Source: Candidatus Kerfeldbacteria bacterium (GTDB lineage: Bacteria > Patescibacteriota > Patescibacteriia > UBA9570 > XYC2-FULL-38-9). Taken from it: 58,352 nucleotides of DNA. Made by a program: the position numbers and the translations under genes. Below, in pieces: positions 15,492-25,495 of the stretch (the stretch's first letter is position 1; each line of letters opens with the position of its first letter). The stretch lies in the NCBI GenBank assembly GCA_018500015.2, contig JAHBAR020000015.1:1-58352 (forward strand), given 5' to 3'. The notes beneath the pieces are model-generated. The model was not told where the DNA came from. It saw only the letters and a list, made by a program, of their open reading frames with translations, and made no database searches.

Positions 15492-16457
15492 ATGACTCAA
15501 CTTCCTACGCCAAAGAAAAAATCGTTGTGGAAACGCCCATGGTTGTGGGCACTTCTCGCTATTATCATTATTGTTTCATCTGTTGCCATGCTTGCAATGC
15601 GCAGCTTTACAGAGAACAAGAAAAAAAGCCTTTCATACCTTGAACAAACAGTTACAGTCTCAACCGGAGACCTTGAGCGCACTATTTCCGCCACAGGCTC
15701 TGTAGTGGTCGATGCTCAGCAGCCTCTGTTTCCTGCTATCGTTGGTACTGTCAAAGAGGTGAAGGTGGCGGTTGGGGATCTTGTGGCCAAAGATCAGGTG
15801 CTTGTAACTCTCAACTCCTCAGAGATCATCGCGCCGTTCGATGGTAGGGTCTTATCATTGAGTGCATTTGATGGAGGTTCGGTGAGCCCTGCAGCACCTG
15901 TTGCTGTGGTTGGCTACCGCTCTACTCATGTGGAGTTTATGGCCTCTGATGCCGAAGTGGTGGAGCTTGAAAAAGGACAAGAAGCGCACCTATCCATCCC
16001 TTCAATCAATGGCGGAAGAGAGTCATACACAGCCTCAGTGCATTTTGTAGATGTGCAAAAAACAACGAGCCTCAACTCGTTTGGTGGTCAGCAAGCGGTT
16101 TCCGGATACCTTGTGAAAGTGAGCGCCGACTCTCTTCCAGAAGAGCTACGCAACCGTATCGGCTTGGTTGTTGATGTTGAGATTGTGACCGATACAGTTT
16201 CGCAAAAAACTCGTGTTGATTCATCGGCTATTCAATACACAGATGAAGACAAGCCGTTTGTATACCGCGCTCCCGAACTCACTGAAGAGTTTTATGCACA
16301 AGCGATGAGCGCCGCTGAGATTACCGATATTCTCGAAAAGGTAGAGGTGACTGTTGGTTTTGAGGGCGACGACGCTGTAGAAATTCTTTCTGGCCTTTCT
16401 GTTGACGAAAAGGTATTGCTCTACGTACCAAAAGAAACTGCAACTTCACCATTCTAA
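15492..16457 (+). CDS. Efflux periplasmic adaptor, HlyD/MacA family
   Basis: Start moved to ATG 15492 because the track ORF runs through repeat B1. It has an N-terminal TM anchor, a lipoyl-like hairpin (VKEVKVAVGDLVAKDQVLVTL...IIAPFDGRV), and a beta-barrel C-terminus. It sits upstream of an ABC ATPase and an FtsX-type permease. Confidence 0.8.
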   Translation: MTQLPTPKKKSLWKRPWLWALLAIIIIVSSVAMLAMRSFTENKKKSLSYLEQTVTVSTGDLERTISATGSVVVDAQQPLFPAIVGTVKEVKVAVGDLVAKDQVLVTLNSSEIIAPFDGRVLSLSAFDGGSVSPAAPVAVVGYRSTHVEFMASDAEVVELEKGQEAHLSIPSINGGRESYTASVHFVDVQKTTSLNSFGGQQAVSGYLVKVSADSLPEELRNRIGLVVDVEIVTDTVSQKTRVDSSAIQYTDEDKPFVYRAPELTEEFYAQAMSAAEITDILEKVEVTVGFEGDDAVEILSGLSVDEKVLLYVPKETATSPF

Positions 16458-16461
16458 ACCT

Positions 16462-17142
16462 ATGAGCACTGTAGGAGTTCCGCTCATTCGTTTGGAGCAT
16501 ATTGCAAAGTCATATGACCTTGGTGAGGTGACTGTTCACGCTCTTCGCGACATTTCCCTCACTATTAATGAAGGGGAGTTTGTCGCACTGATGGGTCCTT
16601 CAGGATCTGGTAAGTCCACACTGATGAATGTGCTTGCATTTTTAGATAGTCCTACGCAAGGCAGCTATCAATTTTCTGGTACAAACATCGAAAGTTTTGA
16701 CGAAGAGTATCTTGCTGATTTGCGTAACACAGTAATCGGATTTGTATTTCAACAATTTCATTTGCTTCCGCGCACCACAGCACTTGATAATGTGCGTTTG
16801 CCTATGCAGTACGCAGGAGTGAAAAAAGCTGAGCAGATCGAACGCGCTCAAGCCGCTATTGAGAAGGTCGGCCTTGGTTCGCGCATGTACCACAAACCCA
16901 ACGAACTCTCCGGCGGTCAGCAGCAACGCGTTTCAATTGCGCGTGCATTGGTCAACAATCCTAAAGTGTTATTTTGTGACGAGCCCACGGGAAATTTAGA
17001 CTCCAAAACATCTGTTGAGGTGATGAATATTTTATCCGCGCTTCACACAGAAGGGAAGACGATTATTATGGTAACGCATGAGCATGATATTGCTGAATTT
17101 GCTCAGCGCACTATTCACATTAAAGATGGAGAAATCATATGA
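16462..17142 (+). CDS. ABC transporter ATP-binding protein, MacB/LolD type
   Basis: Walker A GPSGSGKST, signature LSGGQQQRVSIARAL, Walker B VLFCDEPTGNLD, and H-loop VTHE. Confidence 0.92.
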   Translation: MSTVGVPLIRLEHIAKSYDLGEVTVHALRDISLTINEGEFVALMGPSGSGKSTLMNVLAFLDSPTQGSYQFSGTNIESFDEEYLADLRNTVIGFVFQQFHLLPRTTALDNVRLPMQYAGVKKAEQIERAQAAIEKVGLGSRMYHKPNELSGGQQQRVSIARALVNNPKVLFCDEPTGNLDSKTSVEVMNILSALHTEGKTIIMVTHEHDIAEFAQRTIHIKDGEII

Positions 17143-18383
17143 TGGTACATGTTCACATTCTCACCGCACTGCGCCAGCTCACGATCAACAAAGGTCGTTC
17201 TCTCCTCACAATGCTTGGAATCATTATTGGTATTGGCTCTGTGATTTTTATTATTACTGTTGGAGAGGTGGCGAAAAATTTTCTTATCTCTCAAATTTCA
17301 CAATTTGGTACAAACGTTCTTGAAATTTCACCCACAGGTGAGCTTGGGCCGGTGAGTGGGGACGGGGGTGTTGTTGTACGCACAAGCACACTTCAGGCTT
17401 TGGAAGATTCCCCGCTGCTTCCTGACCTCGAAGCTCTTTCGGGTTGGTATGGCGCGCAAGGTACTCTGGAATACAATGGTGAACAAGAAGGGGTGAGTGC
17501 ATTTGGTGTTGAAAAAGAGGCGTTTAGTATTAACAACTTTACTCCTGTTGCGGGTAGGGTGCTGAGCGATGCCGATGTGTTGCAAGAGTCGCGCGTTGTG
17601 GTGATTGGTACACAGCTGGCCGAGAAGTTATTTGATTCCGCTCAAAACGCTGTGCACAAAGAGGTGAAAATCAATAGCGTGCGTTTTGAAATTGTCGGTG
17701 TGCTTGAAGATGTCCCGCTTGGTGGAGGATTCTTGGGTGAGACGGTGTATGTGCCGCTTTCTACAGTGTATCGAGAGTTTGCGCCGTCAGAAGATGTTGG
17801 CACTGTCTCGGTGATCTTAATTCAGTTCGCGCAAGGTACAAATGTTGCGTCATTTAAAGAACGTATCAAAGTAGAGCTCAAGCGTTTGCTCTATCTTTCT
17901 GATGAAGAGATAGACAGCGCATTTTTTATGGCTGACCGCGCAAGTTTCCTCGATATATTCAACACAATTCTCATCGGCATTCAAGCCTTTGTCAGCGCCG
18001 TTGCTGGTATCTCGCTTGTTGTTGGCGGTATAGGCATTATGAACATCATGCTCGTCACAGTGAAAGAGCGCACCAAGGAGATTGGTTTGCGCAAGGCGAT
18101 CGGCGCAAATAACTCCTCTGTGCGTACACAGTTTTTGATTGAAGCAATCATCCTCACAACCATTGGAGGGTTAATAGGTGTTGCTGGAGGGCTTACATTA
18201 AGTTTTTTTGCTGTGGTCATTGCAAACGTACTGCAACCTGATTGGGGGATTACTTTTGTCTTTGTTCCTCAGGCGATTCTCATTGCCTGTGGTGTTGCCG
18301 GCTTTGTTGGTTTGGTATTTGGATTGTATCCTGCATTTAAGGCATCAAGACTTTCTCCAATCGAAGCGCTGCGTTACGAATAG
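17139..18383 (+). CDS. ABC transporter permease, MacB/FtsX family
   Basis: N-terminal TM helix, a large periplasmic MacB_PCD-like domain, and a C-terminal FtsX 3-TM module (TKEIGLRKAIGA). ATGA overlap with the ATPase gene. Confidence 0.88.
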   Translation: MMVHVHILTALRQLTINKGRSLLTMLGIIIGIGSVIFIITVGEVAKNFLISQISQFGTNVLEISPTGELGPVSGDGGVVVRTSTLQALEDSPLLPDLEALSGWYGAQGTLEYNGEQEGVSAFGVEKEAFSINNFTPVAGRVLSDADVLQESRVVVIGTQLAEKLFDSAQNAVHKEVKINSVRFEIVGVLEDVPLGGGFLGETVYVPLSTVYREFAPSEDVGTVSVILIQFAQGTNVASFKERIKVELKRLLYLSDEEIDSAFFMADRASFLDIFNTILIGIQAFVSAVAGISLVVGGIGIMNIMLVTVKERTKEIGLRKAIGANNSSVRTQFLIEAIILTTIGGLIGVAGGLTLSFFAVVIANVLQPDWGITFVFVPQAILIACGVAGFVGLVFGLYPAFKASRLSPIEALRYE

Positions 18384-18436
18384 CGCGTAACCCCCGCGTG
18401 ACTCCTTTTTGCGTAAGAACATTAATTACAGTTTTT

Positions 18437-19828
18437 ATGCAAAAAATGAAAAAATTGAGCGCACTCGCATTGTTAGGTGCGGTGACGGTTAGCTCAACTG
18501 CAACTGCTCAAGCTTCTTCCAGTGAAGCTGGAATTCAAATTCCCCTTGTGCAGGTGAACGAGTCTGGATTTGGTGATACAGCCAACACTTCAACTCGTTT
18601 AGTGCGCATGACACCTGAGATAGGTGCGGAAGAGTCGGCGTTGTATGCAATTACCACCAACGTTAATGGTATTCAGTTGTGGAAGTCAACGAAGAAAGTT
18701 GCGCGTGAATGGGAGCAAGTTTCAAGTACAGCTCTCACACAAGATGCGACCAATGTTTCTGTTGTTGATGTCTCGCTCATGGATGAGAAGTTGTATGTGC
18801 TGGTGAATGCAGAGGATGGTTTTGAAGTGTGGCAATGGTCTGAGGAGAATGATTGGGTAAATGTATATGAACAGCATGGGAGCAATACGCTTGCCTCGAT
18901 GATGAAAAAAGCTGATGGAAAACTGTATGTTGCGAGCTATTCAACCCTTTCTGATTTTGCGCATATGTATGTGACAGCTGATGGTTCAACATGGGATGTG
19001 TTTGGCGAAGTGGGTCTTGCTGCGGATGTTGGAATGGTGACGGATGTCGCGCAGTTCAAAGGTGATATGTATGCAGTAACCGATGATGGTCGGGTGTTCC
19101 GCTCGCAAGACGATGGGCCAACATTCGTGCTTGCATATACCAGCTCTGTAGATAATGCGAGCTTCTTGGTTACGCGCAAACAGAATGGAGTGTTGTATTT
19201 TGGTGGTTCGAGTGCCTCTGGTGCGTTGTTGATGGCTACAAGCAACGGTGCTGATTTTACTACAGTTACTCAAGATGGCTTTGGCAACAGTGAAAACACA
19301 GCAGTAACACAGATCAAGCAAAAAGGTGGTCGTGTGCACGCATATATGCAAAACGGTTCAGGTTTTGAGATGTACCGCATGACCAACCCACGTGATAACT
19401 CTTCATGGGATTTGTGGATTGATGCTGGCGCAACAGATGCAGATAACACAGAGGTCACTGATGTTGTAAGTTACCGTGGTCATCGTTATTTCGCCACACA
19501 GAACAGCGTTGATGGGACACAGGTTGGTCTCCATCAACTGCGCGCTCCTCGTGTGCAGATTACCTCCCCTGAGAAAGGAAGCGCACACGCTGTTGGTGAG
19601 ATCACCTTTACCGGTACTGCTCAGCCGGGAAATAGGGTAGACCTTCGTCAAGATGACGAGACTCTGGGCACTACGATTGCCGATGAGAATGGTGAGTGGT
19701 CGATGACGATCACTGTCACTGAGGCGGGCACAGAACGCTTCCGTGTGTATGCTCAGTATCTTGATGATGAAGGTAACCCAATGGGTCGACTCAGCCACTC
19801 TCGAGCCATTTCTATCTCCATACAATAA
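18437..19828 (+). CDS. Secreted repeat (beta-propeller-like) protein with C-terminal Ig-like domain
   Basis: Signal peptide MQKMKKLSALALLGAVTVSSTATAQA. Repeated ...G.LYV... and ...DG.TW... blades are followed by a C-terminal strand-rich segment (ITFTGTAQPGNRVDL...DENGEWSMTITV). No catalytic motif is recognised. Confidence 0.65.
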   Translation: MQKMKKLSALALLGAVTVSSTATAQASSSEAGIQIPLVQVNESGFGDTANTSTRLVRMTPEIGAEESALYAITTNVNGIQLWKSTKKVAREWEQVSSTALTQDATNVSVVDVSLMDEKLYVLVNAEDGFEVWQWSEENDWVNVYEQHGSNTLASMMKKADGKLYVASYSTLSDFAHMYVTADGSTWDVFGEVGLAADVGMVTDVAQFKGDMYAVTDDGRVFRSQDDGPTFVLAYTSSVDNASFLVTRKQNGVLYFGGSSASGALLMATSNGADFTTVTQDGFGNSENTAVTQIKQKGGRVHAYMQNGSGFEMYRMTNPRDNSSWDLWIDAGATDADNTEVTDVVSYRGHRYFATQNSVDGTQVGLHQLRAPRVQITSPEKGSAHAVGEITFTGTAQPGNRVDLRQDDETLGTTIADENGEWSMTITVTEAGTERFRVYAQYLDDEGNPMGRLSHSRAISISIQ

Positions 19829-19832
19829 TCAG

Positions 19833-19862
19833 AAAACCCCTGAACTCAGGGGTTTTCTTTTT
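19833..19862 (+). terminator. Intrinsic terminator
   Basis: Hairpin aaaacccctga..tcaggggtttt followed by cttttt. Confidence 0.8.
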
Positions 19863-19888
19863 GTGTTGATTTTGATACCCTATCAGTA

Positions 19889-21172
19889 ATGTTCGCTCAA
19901 TTTTTTCTTCAGTTTTTTTTCTTTCAAACGCTCGCGTCCAGCATTGGTTCGCATCACGTCGTCATACCTGCACATACAGAAATGACAGTGCAGTGGCGCG
20001 ATATTACATTTGTTATTCCTGACACTGCCTTTGCTGAAGAGACGACGCTGACCATCCGTGATCGTGGTGCATTGCCCGACACACACATGCCGGGGTTGCC
20101 GGATGGATACACATCAACACAACAGATGTACGCATTCCTTTTTTCGCACCAGCCCGCCGTCTCCATACCCATGACACTTGCTCTTGATACTTCCGATACA
20201 AGCAACAAACGTCGCCGCATTTTTTATACACCAATTGATGTGACGGGTGAGCGTGTATGGACGCGCATGAAATCACGCGTGCATCAGGCAGAATTTCTGA
20301 TTCGTACAGATGTGACACAAGATGCTGGTCGTGTTGTTGTAGGCACTCACAAAAAAAACAAAGAAGCCCCGGTGAAGTTAGCTGAGTTTTCTGATTTTGG
20401 CGCATTGCCGTATTCTGATACAGGTATTGTTATTGATAATAAAAGTGGAAAGGTGTTGTATGCTCAACATCCTGACAAGCAACGTTCGATTGCTTCTCTC
20501 AGTAAATTGCTTACGACTGTTGTGTGCTTAGAGCAGAATCCCAATCTCTCAGAGAGCATCAGCTATAGTTCATCATATAACACTGGTGGTGCTTCGATGT
20601 CTGTGTATGATGGTGATACTTTTACTTTGCAAAACGCACTTTTTGGAGCGCTTGTGCCTTCGGCCAATAACATGGCAATGACTGTCGCGCACTCATGCGG
20701 ATTGTCGTATACGGATTTTATGAATGCAGTGAATGCCTATGCACTTACTCATCATGGCGATCGCACGCATCTTGATGAACCTACAGGCCTCGACTCTGAC
20801 AATGTATCAACCGCTCGTAATATCGCTCGCATTGCGCGTCGCATTTTCCGTACACATGCAGAGACGTATGAGGCGGCTGCTGACTTTTCAACGTATACAT
20901 TCACAACGCAAAACACTCAGCGCACCGTGAGCGAAGAGACGACAAACCTTTTTGACGGTAAGGGAATATATGAGGTTGTTGCCTTTAAAACCGGCTATCT
21001 CCCGGGTTCTGCAGAACGCACGGTAGTATTAAAAGTTCGAAAGATAGCCACTGAGCAGACTATTATTGTTACCTTGCTTGGTAACCCTGAATATCAGACG
21101 ATTTTTAGTGAAGCCTACTCACTCGTAGACTGGACATTCAATAATTGGGTGTTTCACAATTATGCATCGTGA
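19889..21172 (+). CDS. D-alanyl-D-alanine carboxypeptidase (peptidase S11, PBP5-like) with an extra N-terminal domain of about 170 aa
   Basis: SxxK (ASLSKLLT), SxN (PSANN) and KTG (FKTGYL) motifs appear in the correct order. The exact start is uncertain. Confidence 0.8.
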   Translation: MFAQFFLQFFFFQTLASSIGSHHVVIPAHTEMTVQWRDITFVIPDTAFAEETTLTIRDRGALPDTHMPGLPDGYTSTQQMYAFLFSHQPAVSIPMTLALDTSDTSNKRRRIFYTPIDVTGERVWTRMKSRVHQAEFLIRTDVTQDAGRVVVGTHKKNKEAPVKLAEFSDFGALPYSDTGIVIDNKSGKVLYAQHPDKQRSIASLSKLLTTVVCLEQNPNLSESISYSSSYNTGGASMSVYDGDTFTLQNALFGALVPSANNMAMTVAHSCGLSYTDFMNAVNAYALTHHGDRTHLDEPTGLDSDNVSTARNIARIARRIFRTHAETYEAAADFSTYTFTTQNTQRTVSEETTNLFDGKGIYEVVAFKTGYLPGSAERTVVLKVRKIATEQTIIVTLLGNPEYQTIFSEAYSLVDWTFNNWVFHNYAS

Positions 21173-21629
21173 AGTCGTTGTTGTGTTGCCATCAATTCGG
21201 TCGACGCATAATACCGGTTCTTTTTTTCGCACAAGCGATGCGTTTGGTGTGTCGAAAATTTTTCTCTGTGGATTTACAGCCAAGCCGCCACATCCGCACC
21301 TTCTTAAGGTATCGTTGGGAGCAGAGGAGTCAGTGCCATGGGAATATGTCGAAGAGCCTCGGGAGGTTGTTTCTCGTTTACGCGCAGAAGGTTTTCAACT
21401 CGTTGGTGTTGAACAGGTGCAACAGAGTGTCGCGCTTCGTGATGTGCGCTGGCAAGAAAAAGTCGCTCTCTTTTTTGGCCACGAGGTTGATGGGCTCGCA
21501 CAGGAAATCATTGATCTTATGGATGTGTGCGCCGAAATTCCCATGAAAGGTAAAAAAGAATCGTTAAATGTTTCAGTGATAGGTGGGATTGTGATTTACA
21601 CAGCCTCTCTTACGCACGATATGATATAA
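21162..21629 (+). CDS. SpoU/TrmH-family RNA 2'-O-methyltransferase
   Basis: HNTGSFFRTSDAFGV, LFFGHEVDGL and EIPMKGKKESLNVSVIGGIVIY (SPOUT knot motifs). Confidence 0.85.
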   Translation: MHREVVVVLPSIRSTHNTGSFFRTSDAFGVSKIFLCGFTAKPPHPHLLKVSLGAEESVPWEYVEEPREVVSRLRAEGFQLVGVEQVQQSVALRDVRWQEKVALFFGHEVDGLAQEIIDLMDVCAEIPMKGKKESLNVSVIGGIVIYTASLTHDMI

Positions 21630-21637
21630 TCTTCTGT

Positions 21638-23320
21638 ATGGATTCTGCTTTTTTTGATATTAGCGTTGTTCTGCTTGTCGGCACGGCGTTTGCGACACTA
21701 GCAAAGTTGTTAAACCAACCTATGATCCCGGCATACATTATTGCTGGTATTATTTTGGGGCCTGCAGGTTTTGCTATCATACAGCATGGTGACTTGCTGA
21801 ATATTCTTTCAACTTTTGGTATCGCATTTTTACTCTTTTTAGTGGGCATCGAGCTTGATCTGCGCCATTTTTTAAAGGCAGGAAAGATCGGTGTCTTTTT
21901 AGGCTTTATACAAATGAGCATAGCGGTGGTATGCGGCTATGTGCTCAATGTTTTACTGGGATTTTCAATGACAGAGTCGGTGTTTCTGGCTATTGCGCTT
22001 GGTTTTTCGAGTACGATTGTGGTGACCAAGTTGCTCGCGGAAAAAAAAGAGCTTGATACACTGTATGGTCAGATTATTATTGGTGTGTTATTGACGCAAG
22101 ATGCAATCGCTGTGTTGATTTTGATTTTTTTCAACGTCTTTACGGGGGCGGGGAGTACGTCTGAGCTCCCGGCAGTTATTGGAATGACTTTGCTCAAGGG
22201 GGTGGGTCTTGCACTTCTTGCTATTGTGTCTGCGCGATATATCCTCACCTCTGTATTTAAATATTTTGCGCGTTCAGCTGAGCTCTTGTTTTTAGGATCA
22301 ATTTGTTGGTGTCTCGTTTTTTCATTGATTTCAATTAAGATTGGATTTTCAATTGAAGTTGGTGCGCTGCTTGCTGGTGTGAGTCTTTCAATTTTGCCAT
22401 ATAATATTGAAATTGGTCATCGTATTTCCTCGTTGCGCGATTTTTTCTTGCCGATTTTTTTTGCAGTCCTTGGCGGCGAGTTGATTTTTGATCACGTGTC
22501 TACTGTTGTTGCCCCAACGATTATCCTTTCCCTTTTTGTGTTGTTTGGTTCGTCGCTCGTTGTTATCGCAATCATGATCGCGCTTGGGTATCGCACCCGT
22601 ACAGCATTTCAAGCCGGCATGACGCTGGGGCAGGTGAGCGAGTTTTCTTTCATCTTCATGCACATGGGGTATCAGGCCAACTTGCTTGATCAGCGCATGG
22701 TCTCTCTTGTTGCGCTCATTGGTTTGATAACGATGACGCTTTCAAGCTATTGCATGGAGTACACTGATCAGCTCTATGCGTTTGTTCGTCCGCTATTGAA
22801 AAAATTTGAGCGACACACACATCACGTCATGGAAGATTTGCCGGGAGAGTTAAACCAACACGCTGTATTGTTTGGATACCACACCATGGGCTTTAAAATA
22901 CATGAAATTTTTGCTCGACGAAATATACATTGTGTTGTTGTTGATCATAATCCAAATACGATTGAGCGTTTGCAACGTAAACATATCTCACATATCTATG
23001 GAAGCATTGGTGATATTGAGGTGCTTGAGAAAGTAAAACTCACTGAGGCATCTTATATTGTATCGACAGTTCCATCGCGCGTTGGTACCCTTGCGTTGCT
23101 CAACTATGTACGTGAACATAAAATGAATGCACAGGTCATTGTTCTTGCATTCCAACCACACGATGCCATAGAGTTTTATGATAAGGGTGCAAGCTATGTG
23201 TTGTTCCCGACCGCACTCTCTGCGGATCATCTTGAACATCTTATTGTGGAGGATTTACAACACAAACGGGATGCTCATTTGGAGGAGCTTCGCACGCTAC
23301 ATATTTTACAACTTGAATAA
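21638..23320 (+). CDS. CPA2-family cation:proton antiporter (Kef-like) with C-terminal RCK/TrkA-N domain
   Basis: About 12 TM helices with typical Na_H_Exchanger features (GIILGP, GIELD), followed by a soluble Rossmann-like domain (HAVLFGYHTMG...VVVDHNP). Confidence 0.8.
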   Translation: MDSAFFDISVVLLVGTAFATLAKLLNQPMIPAYIIAGIILGPAGFAIIQHGDLLNILSTFGIAFLLFLVGIELDLRHFLKAGKIGVFLGFIQMSIAVVCGYVLNVLLGFSMTESVFLAIALGFSSTIVVTKLLAEKKELDTLYGQIIIGVLLTQDAIAVLILIFFNVFTGAGSTSELPAVIGMTLLKGVGLALLAIVSARYILTSVFKYFARSAELLFLGSICWCLVFSLISIKIGFSIEVGALLAGVSLSILPYNIEIGHRISSLRDFFLPIFFAVLGGELIFDHVSTVVAPTIILSLFVLFGSSLVVIAIMIALGYRTRTAFQAGMTLGQVSEFSFIFMHMGYQANLLDQRMVSLVALIGLITMTLSSYCMEYTDQLYAFVRPLLKKFERHTHHVMEDLPGELNQHAVLFGYHTMGFKIHEIFARRNIHCVVVDHNPNTIERLQRKHISHIYGSIGDIEVLEKVKLTEASYIVSTVPSRVGTLALLNYVREHKMNAQVIVLAFQPHDAIEFYDKGASYVLFPTALSADHLEHLIVEDLQHKRDAHLEELRTLHILQLE

Positions 23321-23326
23321 ACACAT

Positions 23327-23878
23327 ATGATTACAGTCACAGTAACGCCGGTGAAGGATTTGTTGATTATTGAACCACAACTATTTGGCGACAATCGCGG
23401 ATGGCTTGTTGAGACATACAATGTCGAAGAGTTTGCACGTCACGGCATCACCGAAACTTTTGTGCAAGACAATCACTCTTCTTCAGCTCAAGGAGTGTTG
23501 CGTGGGTTGCATTTTCAGCGGCCGCCGTTTGCTCAGACAAAGCTTGTGCGTTGCTCCAAAGGACGGCTCTGGGACGTAGCTGTTGATATGCGAAAAAATT
23601 CCCCAACGTTCAAGCAGTGGTTTGGTCTTGAGCTTTCTGCTGAAAATAAAAAAATGCTTTTCATCCCCGCTGGCTTTGCTCACGGTTTTTACTCTCTTGA
23701 AGATTGTGAGCTTATATATAAATGCAGCAATGTGTATCATCCTGAAGTTGATAGTGGCATTCGCTGGAATGATCCGGAAATCGCAATTCAATGGCCTCTT
23801 CTTCCAGGAAGCACGCCGACATTATCTGATAAAGACACTCAACTGCTCACCGTCGCAACCGCCGACATTCCATTCTAG
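23327..23878 (+). CDS. rfbC: dTDP-4-dehydrorhamnose 3,5-epimerase
   Basis: FGDNRGWLVETY, QDNHSSSAQGVLRGLHFQ, KLVRCSKGRLWDVAVD and FIPAGFAHGF (RmlC cupin motifs). Confidence 0.92.
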   Translation: MITVTVTPVKDLLIIEPQLFGDNRGWLVETYNVEEFARHGITETFVQDNHSSSAQGVLRGLHFQRPPFAQTKLVRCSKGRLWDVAVDMRKNSPTFKQWFGLELSAENKKMLFIPAGFAHGFYSLEDCELIYKCSNVYHPEVDSGIRWNDPEIAIQWPLLPGSTPTLSDKDTQLLTVATADIPF

Positions 23879-23891
23879 AAAAAAGATGTAC

Positions 23892-23982
23892 ACAGCGGGT
23901 GACGTCGGAGCAGGGACCCTGTCCGCACGCAGCCTCAGGGCGAGTACGGACGGGGTGCGTAGTGCGGCAGGACCCGCGTGTT
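23892..23982 (+). repeat. Family D structured repeat, copy D2
   Basis: Near-identical to D1. Differences cluster in the central mini-hairpin. Confidence 0.9.
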
Positions 23983-24029
23983 AAACGAGATTGTTTTCTT
24001 GAATAAAAAATGGTATAACTTGCTACGGT

Positions 24030-24455
24030 ATGACCCTCAAGCGCTACATCGGAATTATGTCTCTCACGACCGTCTTGTGTTGGAGTGCGTGGCTATGCGT
24101 CCTTTTTTATATCGACCCATCTGAGGGTGGACCACTTGCTTTTGTTCTTTTTTTTCTCGCCTTATTTTTTGCAACGTGGGGGACGGCAAGTTTATTGGGA
24201 TTCACATTTCGTTTTCTCGTCTTTCGTAAATCGCCAGCTTTTCAACATGTCGGCGTTTCACTGCGTCAAGCACTCTGGTTTTCACTACTCATTGTCCTTC
24301 CGCTGATTTTAGTAGCACAAAAACTTTTTCTGTGGTGGATGTCAATTTTGTTAGTTATCTTTGTGTGTGCTATAGAAGGTTTTATTATTTCACGTCAACT
24401 TCAACAACGAACCCGCATTCAACATATTTATGACAATGAAACTGAAGCTCAATAA
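24030..24455 (+). CDS. Hypothetical 4-TM membrane protein
   Basis: A hydrophobic ORF with four predicted helices and no recognisable motif. Confidence 0.55.
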   Translation: MTLKRYIGIMSLTTVLCWSAWLCVLFYIDPSEGGPLAFVLFFLALFFATWGTASLLGFTFRFLVFRKSPAFQHVGVSLRQALWFSLLIVLPLILVAQKLFLWWMSILLVIFVCAIEGFIISRQLQQRTRIQHIYDNETEAQ

Positions 24456-25494
24456 CGAATCACTCGCACAACTTCAAAAAGAAATCGATGATGCACTAGT
24501 TGGTGCTCGCACGACAGAAGATGTCGATGCTGTACGTGTGCAGTACCTCGGTCGAAAAAACGGCGTGCTCACTGAAGCGCTCAAAAGTTTGAAAGATTTA
24601 GGACTAGAAGAAAAAAAAGTATTCGGCCCTTTGCTTAATGATTTAAAAAATCGTATCGAAGAACAACTCACACGTGCCGAACACGCGCTTGATGTAGACC
24701 AAAGTGCTGCGCGCGATCTTACGCTGCCGGGTATTGTGCCAGAAACCGGGCATCTACATCCGATGACATTAGTGCAGCACGAGCTCATGGATATTTTTCG
24801 TTCCATGGGATTCATGATTGTAGAGGGTCCTGAACTTGACCAAGAGTTTTATAATTTTGAATCGTTGAATATTCCAAAGACACATCCTGCTCGCGATATT
24901 CAAGATACCTTTTTCATCAAGACTCCAATCACGCGCAAAGAAAAACGTGATTTACCAAAAACAGGTTGGGTGATGCGCACGCATACTTCAAACATGCAAG
25001 TACGCATCATGGAAGAGTATGGCGCACCTTTGCGTTGTGTTGTGCCAGCGCGCGTCTTCCGCAATGAATCAACCGACGCTTCACATGAGCACACCTTTTA
25101 CCAATTTGAATGTTTTGTCGTGGATGAAAAAATAAACATCGGTAATTTACTGTGGACCATTCAAGAAATTTTTCGACAATTGTATAAAAAAGATGTGAAG
25201 GTTCGTTTACGTCCCGGATATTTTCCATTTACCGAACCGAGCTTTGAGCCAGATATGTCCTGTGTCTTTTGTGATGGTGTTGGTTGTCGCGTCTGCAAAT
25301 ATACCGGATGGGTTGAGATGGGCGGTAGCGGAATGATTCATCCCAATGTGTTCAAGGCTGCTGGCTTCCCTGAAGGCAAATATACCGGATTTGCCTTTGG
25401 TATGGGAATGTCGCGCCTTGCAATGCTCAAGTATGGCTTGCCAGATGTCCGATTGTTCATGGACAGCGATCTTCGTATTTTAAAACAATTCTAG
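24430..25494 (+). CDS. pheS: Phenylalanine--tRNA ligase alpha subunit
   Basis: Class II motifs (HPARD, FRNE..D..H...FYQFE, GWVEMGGSGMIHPNV, GFAFGMGMSRLAM). The start is ATG 24430 or 24436. Confidence 0.95.
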   Translation: MTMKLKLNNESLAQLQKEIDDALVGARTTEDVDAVRVQYLGRKNGVLTEALKSLKDLGLEEKKVFGPLLNDLKNRIEEQLTRAEHALDVDQSAARDLTLPGIVPETGHLHPMTLVQHELMDIFRSMGFMIVEGPELDQEFYNFESLNIPKTHPARDIQDTFFIKTPITRKEKRDLPKTGWVMRTHTSNMQVRIMEEYGAPLRCVVPARVFRNESTDASHEHTFYQFECFVVDEKINIGNLLWTIQEIFRQLYKKDVKVRLRPGYFPFTEPSFEPDMSCVFCDGVGCRVCKYTGWVEMGGSGMIHPNVFKAAGFPEGKYTGFAFGMGMSRLAMLKYGLPDVRLFMDSDLRILKQF

Positions 25495-25495
25495 T